Shown here in pieces: positions 1-9,832 of a stretch of 32,000 nucleotides of DNA. Origin of the DNA: Mycobacterium tuberculosis H37Rv (GTDB lineage: Bacteria; Actinomycetota; Actinomycetes; Mycobacteriales; Mycobacteriaceae); the NCBI RefSeq assembly GCF_000195955.2, contig NC_000962.3, positions 1,980,001 through 2,012,000 on the forward strand, written 5' to 3'. Each line of letters opens with the position of its first letter. Position 1 is the first letter of the stretch. The position numbers were made by a program, and so were the translations under genes. The notes under the pieces are model-generated. The model worked only from the letters and a program-made list of their open reading frames with translations, had not been told where the DNA came from and did no database searches.

Positions 1-1
1 T

Positions 2-1003
2 TCGAATGGTCGCGCGGTGACCTACATCGACTTCGAGCGACTGCATCAGCCCTACCCCTATGTCGCAATGGTGCCGCAATGGGACCTGCTGAACCTGCTG
101 GCGGAGGCCGCCCAAGCGGAACCGAGCTTTACGCTGCGGATGAAAACCGAGGTGACCGGGTTGCTGCGGGAGGGCGGCAAAGTTACGGGGGTGCGCTATC
201 AAGGAGCCGAGGGCCCGGGTGAATTGCGGGCGGAATTGACCGTGGCGTGCGACGGCCGATGGTCGATCGCCCGGCACGAGGCTGGACTGAAGGCGCGTGA
301 ATTCCCGGTGAACTTTGACGTGTGGTGGTTCAAGCTGCCACGTGAAGGTGACGCCGAGTTCTCGTTCCTGCCGCGATTCTCCCCGGGCAAGGGGCTCGGC
401 GTGATCCCACGCGAAGGTTATTTCCAGATCGCCTACCTCGGGCCCAAGGGAACCGACGCTCAGTTGCGCGAGCGAGGTATCGAGGAATTCCGTCGGGACG
501 TCAGCGAACTGCTGCCCGAAGCGACGGCATCGGTGGCGGCGCTAGCGTCCATGGACGAGGTCAAGCACCTCAACGTCAAGGTGAATCGGTTGCGTCGTTG
601 GCACATTGATGGGCTGCTGTGCATCGGCGACGCGGCGCACGCGATGTCACCGGTGGCGGGAGTCGGCATCAACCTAGCGGTCCAAGATGCGGTCGCGGCA
701 GCGACCATCTTGGCCGAACCGCTGCGTGAGCATCGAGTCAGCAGCCGCCACCTGGCAGCGGTACGGCGTCGTCGCGCATTTCCCACCGCGGTGACCCAAG
801 CGGTGCAGCGGGTGTTGCACCGAAGGCTGCTCGGCCCGCTGCTGCAGGGCCGGGACCCCACGCCGCCGGCGGCCCTGCTTGGCCTGGTCGAACGGCTGCC
901 ATGGCTCTCGGCGGTGCCCGCCTACTTTGTGGGAGTTGGAGTCCGGCCTGAGCATGCTCCGGCCTTCGCACGTCGCGGGCCCGGCAACCGCAAAGGCCCT
1001 TGA
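2..1003 (+). CDS. FAD-dependent aromatic-ring monooxygenase, C-terminal part (5' end outside window; Rv1751-like)
   Basis: Frame open from the window edge; protein contains GDAAHAMSPVAGVGINLAVQDA, the second FAD-binding motif of PHBH-family monooxygenases. Confidence 0.9.
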   Translation, partial: SNGRAVTYIDFERLHQPYPYVAMVPQWDLLNLLAEAAQAEPSFTLRMKTEVTGLLREGGKVTGVRYQGAEGPGELRAELTVACDGRWSIARHEAGLKAREFPVNFDVWWFKLPREGDAEFSFLPRFSPGKGLGVIPREGYFQIAYLGPKGTDAQLRERGIEEFRRDVSELLPEATASVAALASMDEVKHLNVKVNRLRRWHIDGLLCIGDAAHAMSPVAGVGINLAVQDAVAAATILAEPLREHRVSSRHLAAVRRRRAFPTAVTQAVQRVLHRRLLGPLLQGRDPTPPAALLGLVERLPWLSAVPAYFVGVGVRPEHAPAFARRGPGNRKGP

Positions 1004-1579
1004 GCCGACATGCGCGCCGCCGCGAATCGGCGTCTTGGGTATAGCCCGGATAGCGCCGTTGGCGCTCATCAAGCCGGTCAGCGGGAGCGTCGTGGTGGCA
1101 GCACGTGATGTGTCGCGGGTGGCGCGACCATGGACGCTGGCTGCTATGCCGTCCACATGGCCCACACGTTCGGTGGGGCCACGCCGGAAGTGGTTTCGGC
1201 GCAAGCCAAATTACGCGATCCAGCGGTCGATCGGGCCATGACGGCCGAACTGAAATTTCCAGGCGGGCACACCGGCGGGATCCGCTGTTCAATGCGGTCG
1301 TCGGATCTGTTGAATGTGAGCGCTCGAGTGGTCGGCGACCGTGGCGAGTTGCGCGTGCTCAATCCGGTTGTGCCCCAACTCTTCCACCGATTGCCGCCCC
1401 TCGCATGCGTATCAGCTCGACGCTTTCGCTGCCGCAGTGCTGCGCGGGCAAGCGGTCAAGACGACGCCCAAGGACGCGGTCGAGAACATGAGCGCGATCC
1501 ACGCGATCTATCGGGCCGCCGGGCTCCCATCGCGCAACCCGAGCTGAATATGGTCGCCGCGAGCGGGTCCGCCGCCTGA
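1002..1579 (+). pseudogene. Decayed Gfo/Idh/MocA family oxidoreductase (region annotated as Rv1752, 149 aa)
   Basis: Rossmann-type N-terminus PPRIGVLGIARIAPLALIKPVSGSVVVAARDVSR in one frame (1002-1130), C-terminal domain MDAGCYAVHMAHTFGGATPEVVSA...DRAMTAELKFPGGHTGGIRCSM...LRVLNPVVPQLFHRL in a second frame (1130-1395), C-terminal tail HAYQLDAFAAAVLRGQAVKTTPKDAVENMSAIHAIYRAAGLPSR back in a different frame (about 1402-1547). Confidence 0.75.
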
Positions 1580-1613
1580 CAGGCCAATGGCGTCGGTCGC
1601 TTACCCGCCAGGG

Positions 1614-4600
1614 TTAGGACGTGGTGCCTTGGAAGAAACCCGCCAGGTTGGTGCCGATATTGGCAAAGCCGGAAACGACGCTGGCTACCGAGAACGGCAG
1701 GATGCCCCTGTTGGCGAAGCCTGAGACGCCGCTGCCAAGGTTGGAAAAGCCCGAGGATAGCCCGCCGAAGTTCTGATAGCCCGAGCCGCCCAACAGCCCG
1801 GCCGGGTTGGTGTTGAACCAACCCGAGAGGCCCGAGCCGTTGTTGCCGAAGCCCGAGTTGCCGCCCGCACCGGAATTGAAGAAGCCCGACGAAGGCGCGG
1901 TGCTCGAGTTGAAGTAGCCCGGCCCCCCGGGGATCGCGAAGGCCCCGATCGTGGTGCTGGGCAGGTGGATGCCGGGAACGGTGAGCGGGGGCGTGGTGAA
2001 GCCCCCCACGCCGATCGGCTCGATGGTGAGCGGTGGGGTGGTGATGGGTGGGGTGGTGATTTGGGGGAGGGTGAAGCCGGTGAGGTTGATGGGGTCGATG
2101 GTCAGCGGTGGGGTGGTGATGGGTGGGGTGGTGATTTGGGGGAGGGTGAAGCCGGTGAGGTTGATGGGGTCGATGGTCAGCGGTGGGGTGGTGATGGGTG
2201 GGGTGGTGATTTGCGGCAGGGTGAACCCGCCGACGCCGATCGAGTTGATGGTTAGCTCCGGGGTGATGATTTCCTGGGTGGTGATCTGCGGCAGAGTGAA
2301 GCCGCCCACGCCGATCGGAGGGATCGCGAACTCCGGGGTGGTGATAGCTGGGGTGGTGATCTGCGGCAGGGTGAAGCCATCGACGTTGATAGCGGGGACA
2401 TCGATCCCGGGTATGTTGAAGGCGGGCAGAAAGAATGAACCGATGACAATAGGGCCGGTCAATGTGTATGGGTGAACCACCAATTGTGGTAAGTCAAACT
2501 CACCGAAGATGAGGGCGCCATTGGTGAAAGTACTAAGCCCGCCGCCGGGCGGCTGAAGCGCAGGCACATTGGTCTGGAATTGTAGGGTAAAGGGTATTCC
2601 AAAAGCCGGTACTGTTATCCTAGGTGTGCTTAGGAAAACATCCCAGCCTATGGAGGGCAGGCCAAATTGGCCCACGCCAATCTGGCCGACCGTTATCGGT
2701 TGAGTATGTATCGCAGGTAGACTAAAGCCACCGATTGTGATACCCGCGGGTATCGTCAGCTGCGGAATAGTTACTTCCGGAATCTGCAATGGCGGCAAAT
2801 TAAAAGCACCCACCGTAATGGGCGGGACCGTCACCGGCGGAATGGCTACGGAAGGAATACTCAGCGGAGGCAACTGAAAGCCGCTTACGGTGATGTTGGC
2901 GGGTGTGGTGGCGGCCGGGATGTTCAACGACGGCAACGTCAACCCGGGCAGGCTGAAGGCGCCGACGGTGATGTTGGCTGGTGTGGTGGCGGCCGGGATG
3001 TTCAACGACGGCAACGTCAACCCGGGCAGGCTGAAGGCGCCGACGGTGATGTTGGCTGGTGTGGTGGCGGCCGGGATGTTCAACGACGGCAACGTCAACC
3101 CGGGCAGGCTGAAGGCGCCGACGGTGATGTTGGCTGGTGTGGTGGCGGCCGGGATGTTCAACGACGGCAACGTCAACCCGGGCAGGCTGAAGGCACCCAC
3201 GGTGATGTTGGCTGGTGTGGTGGCGGCCGGGATGTTCAACGACGGCAACGTCAACCCGGGCAGGCTGAAGGCGCCGACGGTGATGTTGGCCGGTGTGGTG
3301 GCGGCCGGGATGTTCAGCGACGGCAGCGTTATTGCCGGCAGACTGAAGGCGGGAACCGATATCCCCGGTATTTGCAGCGGCGGCAGAGTCAGATCAGGTG
3401 TCGTAATACTGAACTGCAGGCTGCCCTGCCCCACGCCCCGGTAGAAGACGCCATTGTTCATGTCACCCGTGTTGAACAGCCCATTATTCATGTGGCCAAT
3501 ATTGAAGACACCAGTGTTGATATTTCCGGCGTTGAGGAAACCCGTGTTAGCATTTCCCGTGTTGAACGTGCCGGTGTTGGACGACCCCGGATTGAAGTCG
3601 CCCATGTTATAACTGCCGGTGTTCAGGCTGCCTGTGTTCGCGTTGCCGACGTCCAACATACCGGTGTTAAACGAGCCCGCATTGAAGAAGCCCGTGTTCC
3701 CGTGTCCAGAATTCCAGCCACCGGTGTTGAAATTACCCGAGTTTCCGATGCCAAAGTTTCCATTGCCGGAGTTGAAGAAGCCGACGTTTCCGCTGCCCGA
3801 GTTGAACAATCCGAAATTCCCGGTGCCCGAGTTGAGCCCGCCGATTCCGATCTGGTTGTTGCCGGTAAGACCGATGCCGATGTTGTTGTTGCCAGTGTTG
3901 CCAAAGCCGAAGTTGCCCAAGCCGGTGTTGGCAAACCCGGTGTTGAGATTGCCAAGGTTTCCCACGCCGACATTGTTGCTGCCGAGGTTCCCGAAGCCGA
4001 TGTTGTTATTACCCAGGCTTGCTGAGCCGATATTGGAGTTACCGAAATTTCCGGACCCGAAATTGTAGTTGCCAAGGTTGGCGTTGCCGATGTTGGCAAG
4101 GCCGTTGTTGGCGTTGCCGACGTTGCCACCGCCGACGTTGGCTATGCCCAGGTTGATGGCGGTGGGTCCGCCCGCAAGCGCCGGTATGCCTGCGGCTGCG
4201 GTCATGGCGGCCGCAGGCGCGCCGCTGGCCAACCAAGCCGGCAAGCCAGCCAGGTTCTGCAGCGGTTTACTGAACGGGGACAGCGCCGAGGCGATCGCCG
4301 ATGCCCCGGCATGGTAGGCAGACATCGCCGACACATCGGCAGCCCACATTTGCTCGTACGTGGCTTCAATGGCAGCGATCGCCGGAGCGTTCTGTCCAAA
4401 CAGGTTCGACATCACCAGCGACACCAGGTCGGCACGGTTGGCCGCCACCAGCATCGGCTGCACCACCGCCGTCTTGACCGCTTCAAACTCGGCTATCATC
4501 GCCGCAGCCTGAGCGGCCGTCTGCTCGGCCTGGACCGCCGCCGCGGCAAGCCACGCCGCATAGGGGGCTGCCGCTGCCGCCATCGCCGACGACGACGCGC

Positions 4601-4775
4601 CCTGCCACGCCCCGCCCACGAGTCCGGATGTCACTGAGCCGAAAGAGGCTGCGGCCGAGGCCAATTCCATGGCCAACCCGTCCCAGGCCGTCGCGGCCGC
4701 CGCCATCGGTTCCGGCCCTGCCCCGGCGAATATCAGCGCTGAATTGATCTCCGGCGGCAGTACAGAAAAATTCAT
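1614..4775 (-). CDS. PPE24: PPE family protein, MPTR subgroup (PPE24, Rv1753c)
   Basis: 1053-aa ORF; N-terminus [24 protein letters not shown] typical of PPE; NxGxxNxG pentapeptide repeats and TxPxITxPxI solenoid-like repeats. Confidence 0.95.
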   Translation of the reverse strand: MNFSVLPPEINSALIFAGAGPEPMAAAATAWDGLAMELASAAASFGSVTSGLVGGAWQGASSSAMAAAAAPYAAWLAAAAVQAEQTAAQAAAMIAEFEAVKTAVVQPMLVAANRADLVSLVMSNLFGQNAPAIAAIEATYEQMWAADVSAMSAYHAGASAIASALSPFSKPLQNLAGLPAWLASGAPAAAMTAAAGIPALAGGPTAINLGIANVGGGNVGNANNGLANIGNANLGNYNFGSGNFGNSNIGSASLGNNNIGFGNLGSNNVGVGNLGNLNTGFANTGLGNFGFGNTGNNNIGIGLTGNNQIGIGGLNSGTGNFGLFNSGSGNVGFFNSGNGNFGIGNSGNFNTGGWNSGHGNTGFFNAGSFNTGMLDVGNANTGSLNTGSYNMGDFNPGSSNTGTFNTGNANTGFLNAGNINTGVFNIGHMNNGLFNTGDMNNGVFYRGVGQGSLQFSITTPDLTLPPLQIPGISVPAFSLPAITLPSLNIPAATTPANITVGAFSLPGLTLPSLNIPAATTPANITVGAFSLPGLTLPSLNIPAATTPANITVGAFSLPGLTLPSLNIPAATTPANITVGAFSLPGLTLPSLNIPAATTPANITVGAFSLPGLTLPSLNIPAATTPANITVSGFQLPPLSIPSVAIPPVTVPPITVGAFNLPPLQIPEVTIPQLTIPAGITIGGFSLPAIHTQPITVGQIGVGQFGLPSIGWDVFLSTPRITVPAFGIPFTLQFQTNVPALQPPGGGLSTFTNGALIFGEFDLPQLVVHPYTLTGPIVIGSFFLPAFNIPGIDVPAINVDGFTLPQITTPAITTPEFAIPPIGVGGFTLPQITTQEIITPELTINSIGVGGFTLPQITTPPITTPPLTIDPINLTGFTLPQITTPPITTPPLTIDPINLTGFTLPQITTPPITTPPLTIEPIGVGGFTTPPLTVPGIHLPSTTIGAFAIPGGPGYFNSSTAPSSGFFNSGAGGNSGFGNNGSGLSGWFNTNPAGLLGGSGYQNFGGLSSGFSNLGSGVSGFANRGILPFSVASVVSGFANIGTNLAGFFQGTTS
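2041..2265 (-). repeat. 75-bp tandem repeat (25 aa [25 protein letters not shown]), 3 close copies plus more diverged copies toward 2266-2400
   Basis: gtgatgggtggggtggtgattt recurs at 2041, 2116 and 2191. Confidence 0.85.
2887..3354 (-). repeat. 78-bp tandem repeat (26 aa [26 protein letters not shown]), 6 copies; corresponds to the VNTR locus called QUB-18/VNTR1982
   Basis: Copies beginning acggtgatgttggc at 2887, 2965, 3043, 3121, 3199 and 3277; period exactly 78 bp. Confidence 0.9.
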
Positions 4776-4978
4776 CGTCCAGCCTTCCCTGCGTGCCCCG
4801 CGTGATCAGCGGTAAACCGTGGCCGGTGAGTGGCTCTTGGCCCACAAGCTAGACGCTGAACCGTCGTGGCCACATAAATATCGCGCACAAATGGCCACGA
4901 CTCATAGGTTTCGTAAATTTGATTTACAAAAGGCGCTCTCGGGTCATGCGGACCGCAAGCGGCGTCCGAACGCAGGGG

Positions 4979-6670
4979 CTATGGCAGCACGGTGTGCATC
5001 AACATCACGTTGTATGCCGACCACAAAGACAGGTTAAAGTAGACGTCTTTGCCCGTCGACCAGGGATGCATCATCGGCGCGTAGATGCCGCCGGGCATCT
5101 GCCATGACGACACCAGCATTTGCTCTGCGCTCCACGGTCCTTGCGGAGCCGGCGCGGTCCTTGCCACCACGTCGTTCATACCGTTGGTGTAGAGCGCCAG
5201 GTATTGCTTGAGGTAGGTGTTGTATTGGACGGACATTTCGCCCACCGGGCCCGGAATAACGGGTGTTGCCGCGTCCGGCTTGTTTGGAACCCAGGAGTTC
5301 GAGTCGCCGTTCCAGTACTGGTACTTGGTGAGGTCGGGCACAAAGCGCTGCGGAACTCGTGCCAGATATGCCGAACCGCCTCGCCCGGGCGGGGTCCCGA
5401 ACGAGTAGAGGTAACCGTCGTTGGACTTGAGGTACGCCCCCATCTGGAAGTTCTCATTTCCCGGAACGAACCTGGCTTTTCCGCCGCTGTCCGGTCCGGA
5501 CGCGCGGATGGTGCCCGGGAAGACCCCCCAGGTCTGACCATTGTCCTTGGACACCGCGATGCCCGAGTAGTTCGTCGTCCATTCCCCATCACGGCCCCAA
5601 TTCCTGATGGACATGAAGTTGACGTATTGGGTTTTGCCGACGGCGATGCCCGCGGTCGGAATGATCCCCGTCTCGTCGCGCGCCCATTTGATGCTGTTGA
5701 TGAGCTGTTTGGAGAAGCCCGGTTGGCGTACCGGTGAGCCGGAATATCTGTTGGAAGCGTCACCGGATGTCACATGAACTCCGTTGCCCAGGTCGCGGTC
5801 TTGGCTGCGGAACAGCGTGTTGTATCGCCATTGATGGCCATCGACAGCGCAGTAGCCGAATGTGTCGCCGAAGATCATGAGCACCTGACGGTTGGCGGGA
5901 TCGCCGTTATCCCAAGGAATTCCGAGGTCGGTCCCGGAGATGCCGAAGCGTTCCAGGGTCTTGTTGGGGCTGTCCGGTCCGGTCACCCACTCGGCGAGGG
6001 ATGTGGTAGCCCCGGCGAGCGTGGCACCAGGATCCGGCGCCGCCGCCGGAGCAGGGTCGGGTGCTGGGGCTGGGTTCGGAGTTAGCTGAGTGGCATTCGG
6101 GGGTTGTGGGCCCGTGGCTGGCGGATTGGGTGCCGGATTGGGCCCAGGATTGGCCCTGGGGACTAGCGCTTGCTGTTGTAGCGGCGCGGCATTTCTAGCA
6201 CCCGGGTTGAGCAATGCGGATATCAGTGGACCCAGCTTGGGTAGCGGTGCACGGTCGTTGGCACCGCGAGGCTTGCGTCCGGTCGGTATCGGACCGTGTC
6301 CAGGTCGTACCGGGCCGAGCGCCGTGGCCCCGGGGTCGGTCACAATGGCGCTCGGTGGCGGCGGAGCGTTCGCGGCGTCTCCGCTGCACGGCGCCGCCAT
6401 CGCTGGTGGCGCCAGGCCTATTGGAACCATGAGTCCAATAGCGGCCGCCCACGCCAGCGATACCGACACGATTCGAGGAATCGGCGACATGTCACACCTT
6501 CCCGGGCTGGACGTTGCAATTGACGTCCGCAGTTCGCTGATGTGACGATAGTGATCTCTGGGACTCTTGTGATCAGTGATCCACTGATAGGTATGCCTCC
6601 GTGACCGTGTCGCAACCCATCTGTTCATCTCCGACCTGCGCTGCTGCACTCGGACTTGGTACCGGTACAT
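4979..6670 (-). CDS. Secreted proline-rich protein, DUF4185-like (Rv1754c); likely true start at 6490
   Basis: 563-aa ORF; internal MSPIPRIVSVSLAWAAAIGLMVPIGLAPPAMAAPC resembles a Sec signal peptide; conserved FGDTFGY...FRSQDRDLGNGV region and proline-rich linker. Confidence 0.85.
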   Translation of the reverse strand: MYRYQVRVQQRRSEMNRWVATRSRRHTYQWITDHKSPRDHYRHISELRTSIATSSPGRCDMSPIPRIVSVSLAWAAAIGLMVPIGLAPPAMAAPCSGDAANAPPPPSAIVTDPGATALGPVRPGHGPIPTGRKPRGANDRAPLPKLGPLISALLNPGARNAAPLQQQALVPRANPGPNPAPNPPATGPQPPNATQLTPNPAPAPDPAPAAAPDPGATLAGATTSLAEWVTGPDSPNKTLERFGISGTDLGIPWDNGDPANRQVLMIFGDTFGYCAVDGHQWRYNTLFRSQDRDLGNGVHVTSGDASNRYSGSPVRQPGFSKQLINSIKWARDETGIIPTAGIAVGKTQYVNFMSIRNWGRDGEWTTNYSGIAVSKDNGQTWGVFPGTIRASGPDSGGKARFVPGNENFQMGAYLKSNDGYLYSFGTPPGRGGSAYLARVPQRFVPDLTKYQYWNGDSNSWVPNKPDAATPVIPGPVGEMSVQYNTYLKQYLALYTNGMNDVVARTAPAPQGPWSAEQMLVSSWQMPGGIYAPMMHPWSTGKDVYFNLSLWSAYNVMLMHTVLP

Positions 6671-6853
6671 TCAAGGCCCATCGGGGCCGCGGATACCACG
6701 ACCACCGGTGCCGAACATCGACGATCCGATCAATTTGCGTCCACTGTCGCCCGGACAGGTCAACAAGGTGTGGCTCTGGCAATCGCTACCCGGTCCCTGG
6801 ATCGGGTCCGCACGGAATACCGTGTACCTGACCGGATTTGAGTTCCTCGAGCC

Positions 6854-7744
<891 letters not shown>

Positions 7745-8629
7745 TCAGCCGGCGGCTGGTCTCTGGCGTTGAGCGTAGTAGGCAGCCTCGAGTTCGACCG
7801 GCGGGACGTCGCCGCAGTACTGGTAGAGGCGGCGATGGTTGAACCAGTCGACCCAGCGCGCGGTGGCCAACTCGACATCCTCGATGGACCGCCAGGGCTT
7901 GCCGGGTTTGATCAGCTCGGTCTTGTATAGGCCGTTGATCGTCTCGGCTAGTGCATTGTCATAGGAGCTTCCGACCGCTCCGACCGACGGTTGGATGCCT
8001 GCCTCGGCGAGCCGCTCGCTGAACCGGATCGATGTGTACTGAGATCCCCTATCCGTATGGTGGATAACGTCTTTCAGGTCGAGTACGCCTTCTTGTTGGC
8101 GGGTCCAGATGGCTTGCTCGATCGCGTCGAGGACCATGGAGGTGGCCATCGTGGAAGCGACCCGCCAGCCCAGGATCCTGCGAGCGTAGGCGTCGGTGAC
8201 AAAGGCCACGTAGGCGAACCCTGCCCAGGTCGACACATAGGTGAGGTCTGCTACCCACAGCCGGTTAGGTGCTGGTGGTCCGAAGCGGCGCTGGACGAGA
8301 TCGGCGGGACGGGCTGTGGCCGGATCAGCGATCGTGGTCCTGCGGGCTTTGCCGCGGGTGGTCCCGGACAGGCCGAGTTTGGTCATCAGCCGTTCGACGG
8401 TGCATCTGGCCACCTCGATGCCCTCACGGTTCAGGGTTAGCCACACTTTGCGGGCACCGTAAACACCGTAGTTGGCGGCGTGGACGCGGCTGATGTGCTC
8501 CTTGAGTTCGCCATCGCGCAGCTCGCGGCGGCTGGGCTCCCGGTTGATGTGGTCGTAGTAGGTCGATGGGGCGATCGGCACACCCAGCTCGGTCAGCTGT
8601 GTGCAGATCGACTCGACACCCCACCGCAA
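7745..8629 (-). CDS. IS6110 transposase orfB (DDE integrase core)
   Basis: NRLWVADLTYVSTWAGFAYVAFVTDAYARRILGWR...HHTDRGSQYTSIRFSERLAEAGIQPSVG...YDNALAETINGLYKTE. Confidence 0.97.
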   Translation of the reverse strand: MRWGVESICTQLTELGVPIAPSTYYDHINREPSRRELRDGELKEHISRVHAANYGVYGARKVWLTLNREGIEVARCTVERLMTKLGLSGTTRGKARRTTIADPATARPADLVQRRFGPPAPNRLWVADLTYVSTWAGFAYVAFVTDAYARRILGWRVASTMATSMVLDAIEQAIWTRQQEGVLDLKDVIHHTDRGSQYTSIRFSERLAEAGIQPSVGAVGSSYDNALAETINGLYKTELIKPGKPWRSIEDVELATARWVDWFNHRRLYQYCGDVPPVELEAAYYAQRQRPAAG

Positions 8630-8679
8630 ACCATCGGGGCCCTCGCGGTGGCCCTGATGATCGGCGATGAACCGGGTAA

Positions 8680-9006
8680 TTAGCGTGCTGGCCGGTCGAG
8701 CTCGGCCGCGAAGAAAGCCGACGCGGTCTTTAAAATCGCGTTCGCCCTTCGCAATTCGGCGTTGTCCCGCCGCAAGCGCTTCAGCTCAGCGGATTCTTCG
8801 GTCGTGGTCCCGGGCCGTGCGCCGGCATCGACCTGCGCCTGGCGCACCCACTTACGCACCGTCTCCGCGCAGCCAACACCAAGTAGACGGGCGACCTCAC
8901 TGATCGCTGCCCACTCCGAATCGTGCTGACCGCGGATCTCTGCGACCATCCGCACCGCCCGCTCACGCAGCTCCGGCGGGTACCTCCTCGATGAACCACC
9001 TGACAT
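8680..9006 (-). CDS. IS6110 orfA (HTH protein)
   Basis: 108-aa ORF MSGGSSRRYPPELRERAVRMVAEIRGQHDSEW..., identical to the second copy. Confidence 0.97.
   Translation of the reverse strand: MSGGSSRRYPPELRERAVRMVAEIRGQHDSEWAAISEVARLLGVGCAETVRKWVRQAQVDAGARPGTTTEESAELKRLRRDNAELRRANAILKTASAFFAAELDRPAR
8728..8735 (-). promoter_or_regulatory. Programmed -1 frameshift slippery site TTTTAAAG (IS6110 orfA/orfB)
   Basis: ctttaaaa on the plus strand equals TTTTAAAG on the minus strand, inside the orfA 3' region; orfB lies in the -1 frame. Confidence 0.8.
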
Positions 9007-9041
9007 GACCCCATCCTTTCCAAGAACTGGAGTCTCCGGAC

Positions 9042-9566
9042 ATGCCGGGGCGGTTCAGAGAGGACTTCATCGATGCGCTGCGTTCCAAGATTGGCGAGAA
9101 GTCTATGGGCGTTTATGGGGTCGACTACCCGGCGACCACGGATTTCCCGACAGCGATGGCCGGTATTTACGACGCGGGCACCCATGTCGAACAGACGGCG
9201 GCGAACTGTCCCCAAAGCAAGCTGGTGCTCGGCGGATTTTCCCAAGGTGCGGCCGTGATGGGCTTTGTTACCGCGGCGGCGATTCCGGATGGGGCGCCGT
9301 TGGACGCGCCCAGGCCGATGCCGCCCGAAGTCGCCGACCACGTGGCCGCCGTCACACTCTTCGGAATGCCCTCGGTTGCGTTCATGCACTCGATCGGCGC
9401 GCCGCCGATCGTCATCGGTCCGCTATATGCAGAAAAGACCATCCAGCTGTGCGCCCCGGGCGACCCCGTCTGTTCTAGCGGAGGCAATTGGGCGGCGCAT
9501 AACGGGTACGCCGACGACGGCATGGTCGAGCAGGCCGCAGTGTTTGCCGCCGGTCGGCTCGGTTAA
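9042..9566 (+). pseudogene. cut1: 5'-truncated cutinase-like protein (cut1, Rv1758); N-terminus MPGRF encoded by the IS6110 terminal repeat
   Basis: GVYGVDYPATTDF...CPQSKLVLGGFSQGAAVM...DHVAAVTLFG...IGPLYAEKTIQLCAPGDPVC; lacks signal peptide and first beta-strand of cutinases. Confidence 0.9.
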
Positions 9567-9832
9567 GGCAGTGTCAGCCACTCGCCACTCAGCCCGACAC
9601 CGATCGGACGTCGTGACCGGCGGGACCGAGAACTGCTCGATCCGCAACAACGCCGCGACGTGGATTGTGTCCCATGGTGAGCTGTGACTTGGAGTGCGGG
9701 TGGTGAGCTGAAGGCCCGTTGTCGACCGAAACGGGGCGACGTCCGCGACTTCCTGTACAACCTGATGCTCTGGGATTTGGGCTGCGGATGCGCGGCGGGG
9801 GTTCGCTCTGGTGTCGTCGGTGTTCCGCCGCG

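Noticed and set aside
2887-3354. Evenly spaced repeat array considered as a CRISPR.
   Set aside because: Units are contiguous with no unique spacers, in frame inside a PPE gene; a VNTR explains it.
1951-4129. Plus- and minus-strand repeat-rich ORFs within PPE24 (for example 1951-2475, 2890-3444, 3372-4025).
   Set aside because: Alternative frames of the 75-bp, 78-bp and MPTR repeats; periodicity comes from the PPE24 coding frame.
7970-8640. Overlapping ORFs inside IS6110 on the opposite strand (for example 7991-8440, 149 aa, and its twin at 16718-17167).
   Set aside because: Present in both IS copies simply because the elements are identical; no domain support.
9005-9478. 157-aa ORF crossing the IS6110/cut1 junction (MTPSFPRTGVSGHAGAVQRG...).
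   Set aside because: Out of frame with the cutinase homology; the 9042 frame carries the recognisable GFSQG protein.
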